DNA from: Rhynchobatus australiae
Taxonomy: Eukaryota
Direction: 5' to 3'
Length of the DNA stretch: 64,000 nt
Assembly (NCBI GenBank): GCA_034780895.1
Contig: JAUZTB010000118.1
Location: 12,211,888-12,275,887 of the forward strand
This document shows, in pieces, positions 10,320 to 24,500 of the stretch. Position 1 is the stretch's first letter. Each line of letters starts with the position of its first letter. The position numbers were made by a program, and so were the translations under genes. The notes under the pieces were generated by a model. That model was not told where the DNA came from, did no database searches, and saw only the letters and a program-made list of their open reading frames with translations.

Positions 10320-11030
10320 CATTTGGTATGCTTGCCTACATAGGCTGAGGCATTGAGTATAAGAGTTGGGAATGTCATGTTGCAGCTGTATTAAACATTG
10401 GTTTAAGTTGCACTTGGAGTATTGTGTATAGTTCTGATTGCCGCACTACAGGAAGGATTTAACAATTGGGAAAGTGCAAACTAGATTCACCAGGATGTTG
10501 CCTGAAATGGAAGGTTTATAGTTATAAGGAGAGACTTGGATAGGCTGAGTTTATCTCACTGGACCTTAGGAGGTTGAGGGGTGATCTTGTTGAGGTTTAT
10601 GAAATTATGAGAGGCACAGATAGAATAGATGGTCAGTCTTTTTCCAAGGGCATAGGAGTCTAGAACTAAAGGGTGNNNNNNNNNNNNNNNNNNNNNNNNN
10701 NNNNNNNNNNNNNNNNNNNNNNNNNNNNNNNNNNNNNNNNNNNNNNNNNNNNNNNNNNNNNNNNNNNNNNNNNNNTATGAAATTATGAGAGGCACAGATA
10801 GAATAGAAGGTCAGTCTTTTTCAAAGGGCATAGGAGTCTAGAACTAAAGGGTGCAGGTTTATCGTGAAAGGGAAGAAATTTAAAGAGATCAGAGGGTTGT
10901 GAATATCTGGAATGAGCTGCCAGAGGAGGTGAGTGGCAGCCCATCCATTGTTTGAAAGGCATTTGGACAGTTAGTGAGGGATACGGGCAAATGGGATTAG
11001 CATAGATGAGCATCGTGGATAACCAGCATG
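10320..11030 (+). mobile_element. CR1-like LINE 3' portion
   Basis: cacttggagtattgtgtatagttctg...agattcaccaggatgttgcctg...aggttgaggggtgatcttgttgaggtttatgaaattatgag. Confidence 0.85.
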
Positions 11031-13519
11031 TTATTAAAAATGTTATTTCATTTTTAAGGTGAGGTGCATATTTAATGACTTAGAAGATGGAATATTGGAT
11101 TTTGGTATCTTGGCTGCAAATTATTGCTCAAGGATGTAAACCTTCCAAATTTCAGAGTTCCAACCTTCCAGGTGGCTTTCGGACTTCCAAGCTTATCTTA
11201 ATGATCATGGAGCAAAACTTCTGCAATGCAGAATGGTACTGTCTGGCCCACCACCATTTGTTATTCCCGCAGGGTCTGTATCTATCCTGTCTGGCTGCTT
11301 ATCATTAAAGCTGCCCTCGTCAGAGACTTGACAGTACTTCCCAGGACACTCCAATTCCATTAAAACAGTGACCTATGGCTTCATCTAGCAGAGGCACAAA
11401 GCACTGGGAGGAGTGTTGTGGAGGCTGTGTTTGCAGACGTAAAATAGAACTACTTATCCCACTGTCTGAATCCCTGGGGCCTACCTAATGCCGTCCAAAG
11501 GATTTGTTGACTAGAGACCCAGAGACTATTGGGTTCAGCCTGACCTTCTGGACCCAAATCCACATACAGGTCTGCATCTAGCTTTATATGCAGGCATATG
11601 GTACTGGTGGGTACAGGTCTTTCACTTGCACCAACTATTTCAGAGCACTTTTTAAAAAGCTGGTACAGGCATAATGAGTAGTAAGATTCTTTTGCATTAC
11701 CATCCTGCCAACACTTCCTTCCTAGATGTTACTTTTGATGGAGATGGGCATACATATATGGATTGTTAGCACAATAGTTATTAAGGATGCACAGGGAGGA
11801 AACGCATTCAGTTTCCTGACTGAGGGCAGTGGGAATTGTTGGCTTTCTGAAAGGAAGGTGTGAACAGATAGCTGCTCTTTTAAAAAGGAAACTTAGCTTT
11901 AATGTATTTTTCTGAATGGCTTGAACAAAATAAAATGTGGTTTTCATAAGTGGTCTTTGGAAGTGGTTTGGATTGTAAATCTGGCTCTTCCCACATTAAA
12001 CAATGTTGTGTATTGCTGCATCAGAACAATGTCAAAGTCTCCATCCTTGGGCGGGCCCTCTCCAGCCTGCCACTTTGCAGTTCTCATCACAAATTTTCAG
12101 ACACTGAAATTCAGACACTGGCCAATCTTGGATGAGGCCACGCAGGAAAATTGTCAATTCTTTTACATTAGAAATTATTGTATAATTGTCAAATGTTGGC
12201 AAAATTTCAACCTATGCCATATTAGAACAAAATGAAAGCATTTGCTAAAATCAAAAGTAAAGTTGCTATCAATACTGAAACACTTTGATTAGCATTTCTT
12301 GAATTCCGAGTCTCTTGGTCTGTTGTATTGTTGAAAGAATGCCCATTTCAGTTTTCCACTCCAGCCTTTTCCCCAAAAATCTTTTCTTTAGAATACATAA
12401 AACTTCTGTACATCCATTTAAAAACATCATTTAAAAAAAAATGTTAAAAGACAAGCCATGTAGCTTTATTTTCTTTCTACCACTCCTTTGGGTAGTGTTG
12501 ATATCTTAACCCACTGGGAACAGGTTTCTTCCAATTTCCTCTCTTGTTTTTGCCAGTTACTTTAAATTTGCAGCCTCTGCTTATTGATCATCACTGGTGG
12601 AAACAATTTCTCTCTTGCTGTATGAATACCCACATTTTTGAATGCCTTCTCTTAACCTGTACTCTGAGTTCCTGTATCTCCACATACTGTATTAGCAACA
12701 AGAAGCTTCTGGTCAATCTGTTCTGTATTCTCCAAGATTTTGATGCCCTGGTGTTTGCTGTGAATCATATATGTATCACTAGTTCTCCAGTAGTATTCAG
12801 TAACAAAGCAGACTATCTAATACAATAATAGTATTGTGGCAAAAGGTTCTATTTTCTTTTAACTTTGTGTAAAGGCACTCGTCTTTGTTTCTACTCTCTA
12901 CTGTAGTGACTGCACTGATTTCCCCAACTAACAAAATGAATTTTATTTGCCATTTAAAAGCATTTAGATATGTGGGATGTTGATTTAAGATTTTGGGTGG
13001 AAGGAGTACTTTCATCAAATCTCCTCTTGATCTTCTGTCTTCAGTTAGTTTCTTCCTGGTGATCTGATGTTTTAAGTGTCAGTGACATAAAGGTTCTATG
13101 TATAGTGAAGTGTGTTTAGTTTTATCTGGACATTATGATGACATTGTAAAATTTAGTCTTTGTACTCTAATGCCCTGTTTGTAAGATGCACAGCACTGTA
13201 AACCATAACTTCATCAAATTGCAGTTGTCAAGACAGGGTGGTTCCTGATTTCTATAGAGCCAAGGAGTTGGAAACTGCACCAGCCATTGCTGGCTTATTT
13301 AGTGCAGCCACATTCATTTAAACTGTGTTGTCAAATGAGATGGGAAAGATAAATGGTTTGTTTTTATCACTCTTTATTTTGATTAATATTAATGGTTTAA
13401 TTGATATATGCAAGTTAAATGTAATTTTAAATTTGGTTTTCGTGTTTAAACTTTTAGATTTATTTAACTGCAATTCAAGTGGTTCTCAATTTGATTATCA
13501 AAGGTTTTCTGTCAGCACA

Positions 13520-14345
13520 CACTGCCATCATGAAATCCATGGGGTAGTCTGGGGCTTCAGGCTCCAAAGCACCCTATTATTTGTAATGTGTAGGCTCCAT
13601 GCTCAGATGGTTGAGGTAATACAAACTGTAGGGCATTGTGGCCATGTGACCTCAAGATGATGATGTAACATCTGGACAGGGAATGGGAGGGCAGTGGGGT
13701 TGGGGGGGGTCTTGATTTGGGCTGGAGCCAATGTGTTTGCATGCTTGTTTCCCTCTTCCTGAACATGTCATACTTTCATTGAGTTTATACTCCTATCTCT
13801 TCAAAATACATGATCCTTCATTCCTTCTACTATTGGTCTGCCTGTTCCTCTAGTTCTGAAGTTACAGAGGGAAAAAAAAGTTGATATTACCTTGCCTTGG
13901 TCCATCTGAATCTCTGTCTGTTAACTCTAGACTTAACAATTCCATTCTTGGCTGGCTTCCATCAGTTAACCTTTTATAAAATTGAGGCTTTCTGAAACAC
14001 TTTTGCCTACATCTTGACATTCACCAAATCCGATTTATCCATCACCTTGGTGGTTGCTGAATTACATTGGAGTATTATTTAAATAACAATTTTCAAAGTT
14101 CTCAAACTAGTTTTCAAATCCCAGCAATATCTCTCCCCTGAATAGATAATCCCCTACAGGTTCCTAGAAGGAAAAAAAATCAGAAATGCTGAAAATACTC
14201 AACAGGCCAGGCGTGCTTGTGGAGAGAGATATGACATTCTGAGAGAGCTGTGGTCCAGTTTCATCATCTTAGTCATTCTTGAGCTTATTCACTTCATTTA
14301 TGGACATGTTTGGCTGTCAGGGCACAACACTCAGGAATGGCCTCC
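13520..14345 (+). mobile_element. Ancient L2-like LINE fragments
   Basis: tctagacttaacaattcc...ttggctggcttcc...atcttgacattcaccaaatcc...ccatcacc...ttacattgg resembles the L2 C-terminal RLDYSN...ITPVL..LHW region. Confidence 0.5.
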
Positions 14346-17300
14346 CTAAGTATTTCCACTTTTTCCCCTGTTTTTTTTAAGAAAAACTTATTTTCCAACA
14401 TTTAGATCATCTGTCATGACTTGCTAATATATTTTGTCTCAAAAGCATTATCGATGCTTTCTTAATTTTAAAGCATTCTGTAAATGTTATTTATTAATGC
14501 TTATCACCTTTGCTGTTTGTTAGACTTCCAACTTCTGTTTTATCTGAAATTATCTTTACACTGCAGTCCTGAATCTCACAATATTTTCATTCCAGAAGCC
14601 ATCAACTTGTATGGCAGATGCCAAATACTCATGGAATTGTTTTGGAAACAATTGGATGTTGCAATGGGGAAATTACAAGGTGCTGCCTAATAGACTAATT
14701 TAAGACTTATTAAATAATACCTTTCTTGTGCCTTTATCAAAAGTGAGTCCAGTACTGACTTGTTTCTTACATGCTTCATACTTTTGTGATTGATGTCATT
14801 CTTGTTATTCTTTAGAAACTAATTAATATTCTCATTAATGAAATAATTCTGATGAAAGGCAGTGATTGAATATCAATTGAATAACCAAAACCATTTGAAT
14901 TTTACTCTTGTAGCATATTATTTTGGCTTCTTGAATGCATTTTAAGTATAGCTTCCTTGAGTGATTACTATGGAATTTTTTTAAAGCTGTGAGCACTTGT
15001 CAATAGCTTTCTCAGTTTAAAATAAACATGACAGGGAATATTGACGTTACAGTGGGGCAGGAAGTTGAACTTGTTTTCCATATTGCACATGCATTGCAGC
15101 TGTATGCAAAAGTAAAGGTTCCTTGTGGCAAATTGTCCTTGGCATTGGTTTCTGTGCTGAGGCAGCAAATCTGCTGTTAACTGAAAACTACCTGCTCTTT
15201 TATCAAAGTAGTGGGGATGGGTTGTGATGGTAGGAGGGGAACTGTCATTAATCTCCAGCTTCTTGCAGTGGAATTGCACCATGAAATTTCTTTTTGTTTG
15301 CATATAAGTTCTTCAAAGTGATATCTTTAATATATAATGTAACACTGGTCTTGTAGAGTGACTACTAAAGTTCTTTTTAATACTTGATATCATAAGCACA
15401 TACATTGCGTACAGAAACGAGCTTGTACTGTGAAATTTTGAGTGTTCCAATAGGTAATTGGGCTCTCAATGTGGGTGTTAAGCAGTAAATTTTACTCTTG
15501 TAATTCTGAGTATCTGCCTAGCTTAGTTGTTGCTAACTGCGAGTATTTTATTAGTACATGTATGTTCTTCCTTTTCTTACTGAACCATCCCTACCATTCT
15601 CCCTAATTGCTCAAGTAACACAATTCCTTGCTAATTTAATCATTTTACTGTATCTGTCTTTTTCTGCTTGTCACCACTAATTTTTTATAATAGTACTTTG
15701 CATACTTACTATTCAGATCTCATTTTCTTAAAAAACGCAAAGTTCTTGTGCAGCCCTCTGTCAAGGATGATTTGCTTCTACTTGAGTTATTTGGATTCTG
15801 AGGTGAGAACTGCAGGGTCTTGCACAGATGAACCAGGTAGTGGGATGGATAGGTGGGTAGTTTGAGGTGGTGTGCTGTTTTTACTGCTTACNNNNNNNNN
15901 NNNNNNNNNNNNNNNNNNNNNNNNNNNNNNNNNNNNNNNNNNNNNNNNNNNNNNNNNNNNNNNNNNNNNNNNNNNNNNNNNNNNNNNNNNNNNNNNNNNN
16001 NNNNNNNNNNNNNNNNNNNNNNNNNNNNNNNNNNNNNNNNNNNCCCACCGCAGAATTTGGAGAATCACTTACTGAAATCTGATTGTTGGGAGTCCTTCTA
16101 TAAAGTAGCTTCTCTCTAAAGTTAGAATTCTTCAGATGTTGGAAATATGCTGCAGATCAGGCAGCATCTGTGGGGAGAGAGAAAGAAATGGAATGACTTT
16201 TTACCATGATTGTTTTACAAATGTTTTCAGTTAAGTTTAATTTTGAGGGATGGAGGGAATAGAGAGTCTATCTGTGATAGGGTGGAAACCAATAAAAGAT
16301 GGACGATACAGATTGATGTTCATTTGGGGAAAGTACTGAACATTTTTCTTCAATCAGGATTTACAAGTTCTGCCTCAGTTTTTACCATTTTCAATGAGAT
16401 GCCATCTGCTGGACACCCCTTTTCCCCCTCTCCTTTCAGCGTTTTGAAGGAACTGAATTCTCATGGCAGATTTAACATTCCAGGTTGATCATCAGATAAA
16501 AGATGATTTATCCCTCAGTTTCTCCCTCCACAAATTGCACCTGCTTTGCTTAGTACTTCTGGCATTTTTCTGTTTTTCTTCTCATTCATTTATTTTGAAT
16601 TATGGTGTAATAACATAAATGGCTTTATTGTTGAATAAACCATTGTGATTTCTTCTGCAGTTCCATTTGATTCACCAACCCAGTGTATCATTTCAGCAGT
16701 CTATATTTAGTAAAACTAGTAGATTTCCTGTGATGTTCATATGTTCTGTTCTATATTCAACCTTAATTTATTTAACGTGGGTAAGTTTATTTTAATGCAA
16801 AATAATTGGCATTATTTTCATGCACTGAAATGTCAATTATTATTGACATAATTGTCACTAATTATTGACCTGTTCATATAACCCATTTAGGATTTATTTT
16901 ATGAGAAAACTTTCCTAAGGCTTTAGTTGGACATTCGCAAGTTGAAGTAATTAATAAATTTAAATACTGCAAAATAGAAACTTCTAGTTCAAGATAATTT
17001 GCCATTCTATCTTTGATCTACAAATACCCAATCTTAAAATAATGGGTGCTCATAAAGACTGGGAAGCTAAACAAAAATACTAGTTCTCCCAAGTTAATAA
17101 TTTAAAAACTGATTTGCTTTTTCCCTTAAATTTTGTCACTTTGCGGTACCACTTCTGTAATTGTGAAAGAGTTAAATGAAAATTCTGATCTGGCTTTTAT
17201 CTACACTCATTTCAAGAATGTAGACTTGTTTCAATTAGCGTTGCCTATGAAAAATTCAAGGTCTGATTTGTGATAATCATCCACTGAGCTGCTAGATGAA

Positions 17301-18667
17301 CTTAATTTAACTATCAAGGCCATTGTGCTTTTCACAAGGGGATGTAGTCTGAATGGGCATATCCTGAAGTCAATTAAAGCTTATAAATTGCTAACTCCTG
17401 CTCCAGGAAGGGGCTGGGGGTTGGCTTTTTTCAAAAATGAATATCAAGGCCACCTCCCATTTAACACTGTACTTGTTTCAAATGTACAAATGTTAAAAGT
17501 ATATTTGTAAATTGCTAGCCTGCTTGGGCATGGAATTGTTAAGATATGGGACTAAAAAGCCGAGGATTCCCAGCTCAAATTTGATCGCTGCAAATTGTGA
17601 ACCTGAATTCAATAAGGTCCATAATATACTGGCTAGCACCCCCACACCACCAATCAAAATCAGACACAAACATCCCTGTCTGACCAGAGTGTAAATTACG
17701 TTTGTAACCACAGTACACCCATTTTCTCAATATTACAATATTGACAAGATCCAGAGAGAAGGCTGTTTGATAATAATAGCTATTTACAGTTTCTTACTGT
17801 TGTGTTTTACTGTTGTATTGTCTGAGATTGACTTTAAGAATAATCCTGATTTTCATTTGTTGAGATTTCCTACTACCAGCAGCCAAATGTATAATACTCC
17901 CACTCTCTGTGAGCACTTGTCATTTAATATGAACTAGTATTTGTAAATTAAAGAATGGTAGTGAGTGCTGAAAGTAAACACCAGTGCTTTGTATAATGAG
18001 ACTGCTAGGATAATTAATGCACTGATTTGGCATCTTGGTACAATTAAAATCTGATTTTTAAAGTTGAGGAAAATTAGAGCAGGAATAATATTTTCCAGAT
18101 TCCACAAAACTGGATTGTTTTTGATCATATTTGCTACTGGGATGTTACCATAGATTGGTGAATGGAAATTTGACCTTGTAGGATTTACAAAATTTTGAAG
18201 AGGAATTTTTAAAAAATCACTCCTATACAATTAGTTGTGTGGGGGGGGGTGGGNNNNNNNNNNNNNNNNNNNNNNNNNNNNNNNNNNNNNNNNNNNNNNN
18301 NNNNNNNNNNNNNGTGGGTGGATACCCAAGGTGTTTGCTTTGGACTAGGCAGCTTCTTCTAATACTCGTACGATGATACTTTATCAAACAATGAAAAGTC
18401 AGTTCCTAGATAATTAAAATAATGTCCCTTTTTTCTCTCTTGCCTGCCATACAATCAGAATTCCCTTGCCCATAGATTGCGCACCCATTGGAATATTACT
18501 GTTGGAAGAAAAACTTCCCGTAGGAACATATGTCCAATTGGGATTCAGTGGTGATGGTTGGGGGGGGGTGGCGGTGGGGGCAGTGTTTTCACATTACAGA
18601 AAGTTACAATACAGGCTTTTTTTTAAGGAATGCAAGAATGGGGGTGGGGGTACACTATACATAGAAG

Positions 18668-19770
18668 GAAACTTCAACNNNNNNNNNNACAATCTAAAAT
18701 CTGTTTCCTGGACTTCTATTCTCATCGTCTCTCCTCAGACAGATCAAGGATAGAGTTCCCCAATCCTTACTTTCCATCTCACCCTCACATTTAACAAATC
18801 ATCCTTCTTAATTTTGCCTTCAACGAGATTCCACCAGCAAATGCATCAACCCTTCCCTTTTCAGTATTCCAAAAGGATCATTCACTGTGCAATTCCCTGG
18901 TTTGCTCTTGCATCTGCACCAATCACTTCCCATCAAGGTACTTTGCTCTACATACAGCTTCAGGAGATGCCACATGACGATGAGAATAGAAGTCCAGGAA
19001 ACAGATTTTAGATTGTGATGTTGAAGTTTCTTTATCCTCTTCCCAGCATACAGGGACAGTTTTCTAGATGCAGCAGCGAATCATGTGCACTTCAAATCTA
19101 GTCTACTGCATGCAATGTTCATAATGTGGTCTTTTAGTTGGAGAAACCAGATGCAGATTGTGAGACTATTTTGCAGAGCACTTGCATTCAAGTCTGCTGG
19201 GGCAACCCTTTGCTTTGATTCTGTCGCATTCCCACTCTGACGTTCTGTTGATGGTCTCTGTACTGTGAAATTGAGATTCAGTGCAAGGCTGTGGAGCATT
19301 ATCTCATCCATCTGGTCACATTGCAACCTTGCAGTCTCTATATCAAATACAATTTTAGGGAAGAGTCTATTTGTAGCAGAATGAGTCATCTGATATTGGC
19401 TCAGTTTTTTTCCCCTCTCCACTATCATGGGCAGACTTGCTAGGCACTTCCTACATCTCTGCATTTCACAGCTTTTGTATATTTCTTTGTGTTTTCACTG
19501 TTGATCTTCACTCATTAACCTATCAACCAGATAGCTGCTTCAGTAGTTCATTGCCACAGCAACCCTGACCTTGCACTGTCAGAGAGATTCCCTCTGTCCT
19601 TACCCCATCCTCTGAAAATTAAAACCAGCATTTTCTCCTTTCCAGTTCTCCAGAAAGGGTCTTCGAATTGAAACATTAACTGTTTCTCTTTCCACAGGTA
19701 CTGTCTGAGCAGACAAATGCTCCTTGCATTTTCTGTTTGTATTTCAGGTATTCCAATGTGTATTTTTTGA
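18668..19770 (+). mobile_element. Degenerate Penelope-like element 3' half (RT C-terminus, GIY-YIG, 3' UTR)
   Basis: caaggatagagttccc...ttcaacgagattccacc...aaaggatcattc; tctagtctactgcat...gttggagaaaccagatgcagattg...tttgcagagcac; tail aagggtcttcgaattgaaacattaactgtttctctttccacag. Confidence 0.75.
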
Positions 19771-20859
19771 TTTTCATCAATATAATTAGTATAGAATGGG
19801 GGTGTTCTAAAGTGTGAATGGTTTAATATGATTGCAGGTTCTTACTATATGTTTATTTTGGAATTCACTTCAATGTAGCGTTTGTGGAATATAGTCTTGG
19901 GTGTGTTTGTAAACAGTAATTTTGTCATCATTTGTTACTACTTGCTGCTTAGTAATGGCGACTGACCTCCAGGTAATTCTTGCTATAATGCATAATTTAT
20001 AGATCAATAATTCTGACACTTTTGCAATATAAATTCTTTCATGTTTAAATTATATTTTGTCCATGCCTTTTTATGCTTTAAAATGGGAAAATTAGTTCAT
20101 TGGTTACAATACTACACTCAAAAGGAAACAGGATTGCGGAGAAATATTTATTGCATTTGATATACGTTGGTAATAATTTGAATTTGACTGAATAATGAAG
20201 GGCTGTTAGAGGTTCAGCTGCCTTTGTTTTGGAAAGTGGATTTGTTGATCTCTTTCAAGAAATGTGATTGGTTATGAAAGCTGAATTGGTTGGCTGCATT
20301 AGTGAAATATTCTGATGTTGCCTTGTCTAGATCTCTGAAATGAGTAGAAATGGGAGCTGCAGAGTACTTCTGTTAGAATTTCACAGTGCATCTGTTGGGA
20401 ATTGAAATCTTTTGGGCTTGCCAAAATACTAGTCTCAATAAACAACCTAAATAGTTTTCTCTGCCTTGAGCAGAAAAGTGACTTCAGCTTGAGACGTAAC
20501 ATAGTAGAGGACATGGTTTGCAATTATGTGGCCCTGTGTTCAATCCTCATCTTTTTCCTTGAGGTACAAATAATTTTTTAACATTACTGATGGCATGAAA
20601 AAGAACTTGTGTAACAAATTGTCATGATCTGGAATGTAATCCCTTAAAAGGGGGTGAAAGTTGAAGTATTTATCCAATTAACTTTCAATGGTTGATCAAG
20701 GTGGACATGTATTTTCTTTTAAAAAAAACCCTTTCATGATCTGGCTATCAGTGGCAGGCAGCATTTATTGCCTATCTCCAATTGGACTTTATCCTGGGAA
20801 CTTAAAACCAACACACCAATCTACTTTTTAATCTTTCATAACTCCCTAGATATGTTGAA

Positions 20860-21170
20860 GACTCCATTTAATTAGAAATGTAACTCCTTTTTTCAAAAAG
20901 AGGGAAAAGTGGGAAACTGCAGATCAATTAGTTCAATATTTGTCATGGGGAAAATGCTAGAAGTAATTGCTAAAAACGTAGCAGGGCATTTTGGGGGAGA
21001 AATGGAGTAATTGAGCAAAGTTATTAAGGTTCAGTGAAAAAGGCATGAGAATTAAGAGCCAGAGTGGGCTACTTAGGGCCTCCTAAGCCACCTTGCCCCA
21101 TTTAATAAGATATGGTTAAAACCTCAATTGCACATTCCTGTCTTCATTTTCATCCTTTATCTATCTACCT
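20860..21170. mobile_element. CR1-like fragments (+ RT piece; - 3' tail)
   Basis: aatgtaactcctttttttcaaaaagagg...ggaaactgcagatcaattag (cf. NVTPLFKKG...GNYRPIS). Confidence 0.6.
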
Positions 21171-21204
21171 CTGCTGCATTAATTTTTTGTTTTAAAGAAA
21201 AGGC

Positions 21205-21505
21205 ACAAACCTGCCCTTTGGCCCACCAGATGCCAACTATCAACCACTCATTGCACTAATCTTGCATTTATCACATTTCCTTTTATTGTCCCCACATTCT
21301 CATCATCTTTCTCCAGACTCTACCACTCACCTACACAATAAGGGTATTTTATAGTTTTCAGTTAACCTACCAACCCCACATCTTTGGGATGTGGGAGGAA
21401 ACTGTCTGCGTGCAAACTCCACACAGGCAGCACCCGAGGTCAGGATTGAACCTGGGTCTCTAGTACTATGAGGCATCAGCTCAACCAGCTGCACCACTGT
21501 GGTAC
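21205..21505 (-). mobile_element. tRNA-derived SINE, near full length
   Basis: B-box ggttcaatcc on minus at 21443-21452; core tctttgggatgtgggaggaaac...tgcaaactccacaca; tail ccctttggcccacc. Confidence 0.8.
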
Positions 21506-24500
21506 TAAACCTCTGAAGCATGAGGGCAGTTCTTAAATTAAAAAAGTGTTTTGGCCTTTGGAAGCTATTGACCAAGCAACACTTGTTCTCACCCGCTACA
21601 AGGGTGCACCATTATGTACCGTACATGGGAGAATTTTCTCCACAATCTCCAACCGCTGTAGGATTGTGAAGATCACATGAGCAGGCGGGGGATTACTGGG
21701 TTGTTAGTGAGAGAAAGAAAAGGTGGGGATATCGGCAGCAAGTTGTTGAGGGAGGAGGATGGAAGCAATCTCAAAGGGAGAAGGATTGAATAAGGAAGAT
21801 ACCTGTTTGAAGGAAGATGTAATCGTCAACCTCCAGAAGATCAGGAATGATCGAGCCATTTAGCCAATGCAGAAACATTTCTCAATCCTCTAGTCAATAG
21901 CTGTTTCAGTGCTGAGGCTCAGTCCGGCCCTAGAGTTTGCGTGACGTGTACAGTGGCAGAATATTGGCTGAGTGACTGCACACCCATGCTGTAGGCTGTC
22001 TGTCATTGCCCTGTGGTCTTTGTGCACCTGTCTGTCACACTCTGAATGTGCAGGAACAATTTAGCCCCAGAGACCTGCTCCAACCTGAAGATTGCCATGC
22101 AGGTACAGGTTTGGGCCCCATGCTCTATGTAAATGCAAACTGTAGCTGTTGCTACCACTTTCCCCTGCTGCCACTTGCCTCTCTTTACTTTGATTTCACC
22201 ACCACCCCACCCAATTCTCGCCTTTTATCCAGCCTTCAATCTGGAAACAGGATCTTCAGCCAAACCAGCATTTATTCCCCTTGTGAGCGAGTGATTAGAA
22301 CTTCACCCTTCCTGTTTCAAGTCCTTCTATCCCCTTGTTCATTTAAAACCAGATTGGATGAATGGAAGAATGGTATTGTTTCTGCCTCCATCACCAGTCC
22401 TGGATGTCAGTTCCACAGATTCAAAGCTCTNNNNNNNNNNNNNNNNNNNNNNNNNNNNNNNNNNNNNNNNNNNNNNNNNNNNNNNNNNNNNNNNNNNNNN
22501 NNNNNNNNNNNNNNNNNNNNNNNNNNNNNNTTCCAACATACCCAAACCTTAATGCCTTAACTTCATTCATTTGTAATTGATGTGTGAGTCTATGTGTGCA
22601 GTGACCGATCCTGTAATATGGCCAAGGGCAGAAAAGAGTCACCTTGTTGCTGTGAAGTCTTTTCACTGAAGTAATGGCTTTGTGTTTGTGTCTAGGAAAA
22701 AGATGACTAATCATCTTGTGTGTGAGGCATGGGTTGAATTTAAAAATTGGATGTAAAAAAGATTGCAGATTGGTTTGATTCTCCTAGTTTACCAATAGAT
22801 TTAGACTCACCTATAGACTTCCAGTCTTAACTGTTGGGTTTTATTTTTTTGGTCAGAAATTGCTTATAGGAGGTTTTGGATTGCATTATAGTAAATTGTA
22901 TATAAACAAAAACTTCTCAGTAGTTTGAGGTTAGTCCCATTGCATGCCTATTTATGAGAATAATTCCAGCCTACAAACATGTATTTGCATAAGCTTCATT
23001 ACAATGGTATAGGAAGAATTACTTTGCTAAAGTGTGGTATATATTTTTCTCTTCTGAGGAAAAAAGCATCAAACTATATCAAGAGGTTGGCAAACAACTG
23101 CATACTTACAAATAGATGGGTTAACCCTGTTTTTATTCAATGCCAAGAATATGTTTACTGTTTACAATTGTTTAAGATATTGCTGTGATTTGGCTTGCAT
23201 TTATGAAACCCTGTTTTCAATCCCCGTCTTCTCCTGGTACTGAGTATTTATTGAGAACCTTGGGTTTTGACCATTCAGCACTCTACACTTGAAGCATCTG
23301 ACTTTCCAAGTTTGTTTTTATGTCTTGGTTGCCACTTGCCTATTGGATTTTGTAAATTGAGGTTTTGGAAGGACTATCATGCCATTGACTTAATTGAAAT
23401 ACAAATTCTAAACTGGACCTGGAGCAACTTGGTCTGAAAAGTTAATGGATTTAAACTTTGGGGGATAAATCTAATTCTATAATGCACATTTATACTGTGA
23501 TGTAGAAAAACATGTATACCCTGATCTGAAAGTTAGAAAATCTAGTTTTGTATACAAAATTAGAGATATTTGCAGCAGTTATTTAAGATATTTTCTTTTA
23601 CATTGCAGCTCTTTACATTGCATGATAAATAATGCAAGCTAGTTGAATAAAATAAGCAAATTCAGTCACTTTATAATAGATCAACTTTTACCTTTTTAAA
23701 CTACCAATGTTAACTGGCTTTGTAGTACCTTGTCAAAATTAGCTTTTGTAAACTTTTGAATACTCCTGAGTTGTCTAGAAACTAAATTTATTTGTTTAGG
23801 ACATTTATTATTGTCTTGTGGAAGGATTAGTCTCTCCAATGATGATTACTGATTCACTACAGAACACAGTAAGTAGTGCCCTGCACCAAGTAGTAAAGAG
23901 CGTTCTTTGTGTTGTCCTGAAATTATGTAAATGGAAAACCTCTTCCTTGACGTTTTACATGTATGAACAACTAAGATTGTAGTGGATTAATGCTGAGGTT
24001 CAAATTAAGTAATTAATTGATTTTGTTTGCTCAATGTGAAGTTTTGTTAGTTGGAAAAGTTGCATGTCTTGAGCTCCACTTCATTAAAATAATGTTTATT
24101 GCTTTGTATGTTTTGCATCTGTGACAGGTTGGGCCCTTTGGCAAAGGGTGTTCTTTTTTGCATTGTTTTCATATATGTAAAATATCGTGTAATGGAGATG
24201 GGGTATTTAACAATAATTTATCAGCCAGTGTTTCTTAACAATAATCCCAAATTATTTCTTGGTCTCTCCTCAAGTTCCTTTGATTTGCGTTTTTAATTTT
24301 ATTTTAGAATATTCTGCTTGAAAGACTGCAGCAGTTTGAGCAAAATGGCTTAGATGGGCAATACATCCTGGCCTAGCTGGCAATGACCCTAATGTTTAAA
24401 AAACATGAAATTAAAATCTAGTGACCTATTCCTGTTCGTCGTTGTGTTCTTATACTTTGGAACGCTCCACTACATCAATATTCTTTGAGCTGAGGTTTCC

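Noticed and set aside
10598-10854. ~78-bp duplication flanking a 100-N gap
   Set aside because: The copies differ at about two bases and abut the gap; probably unmerged alleles.
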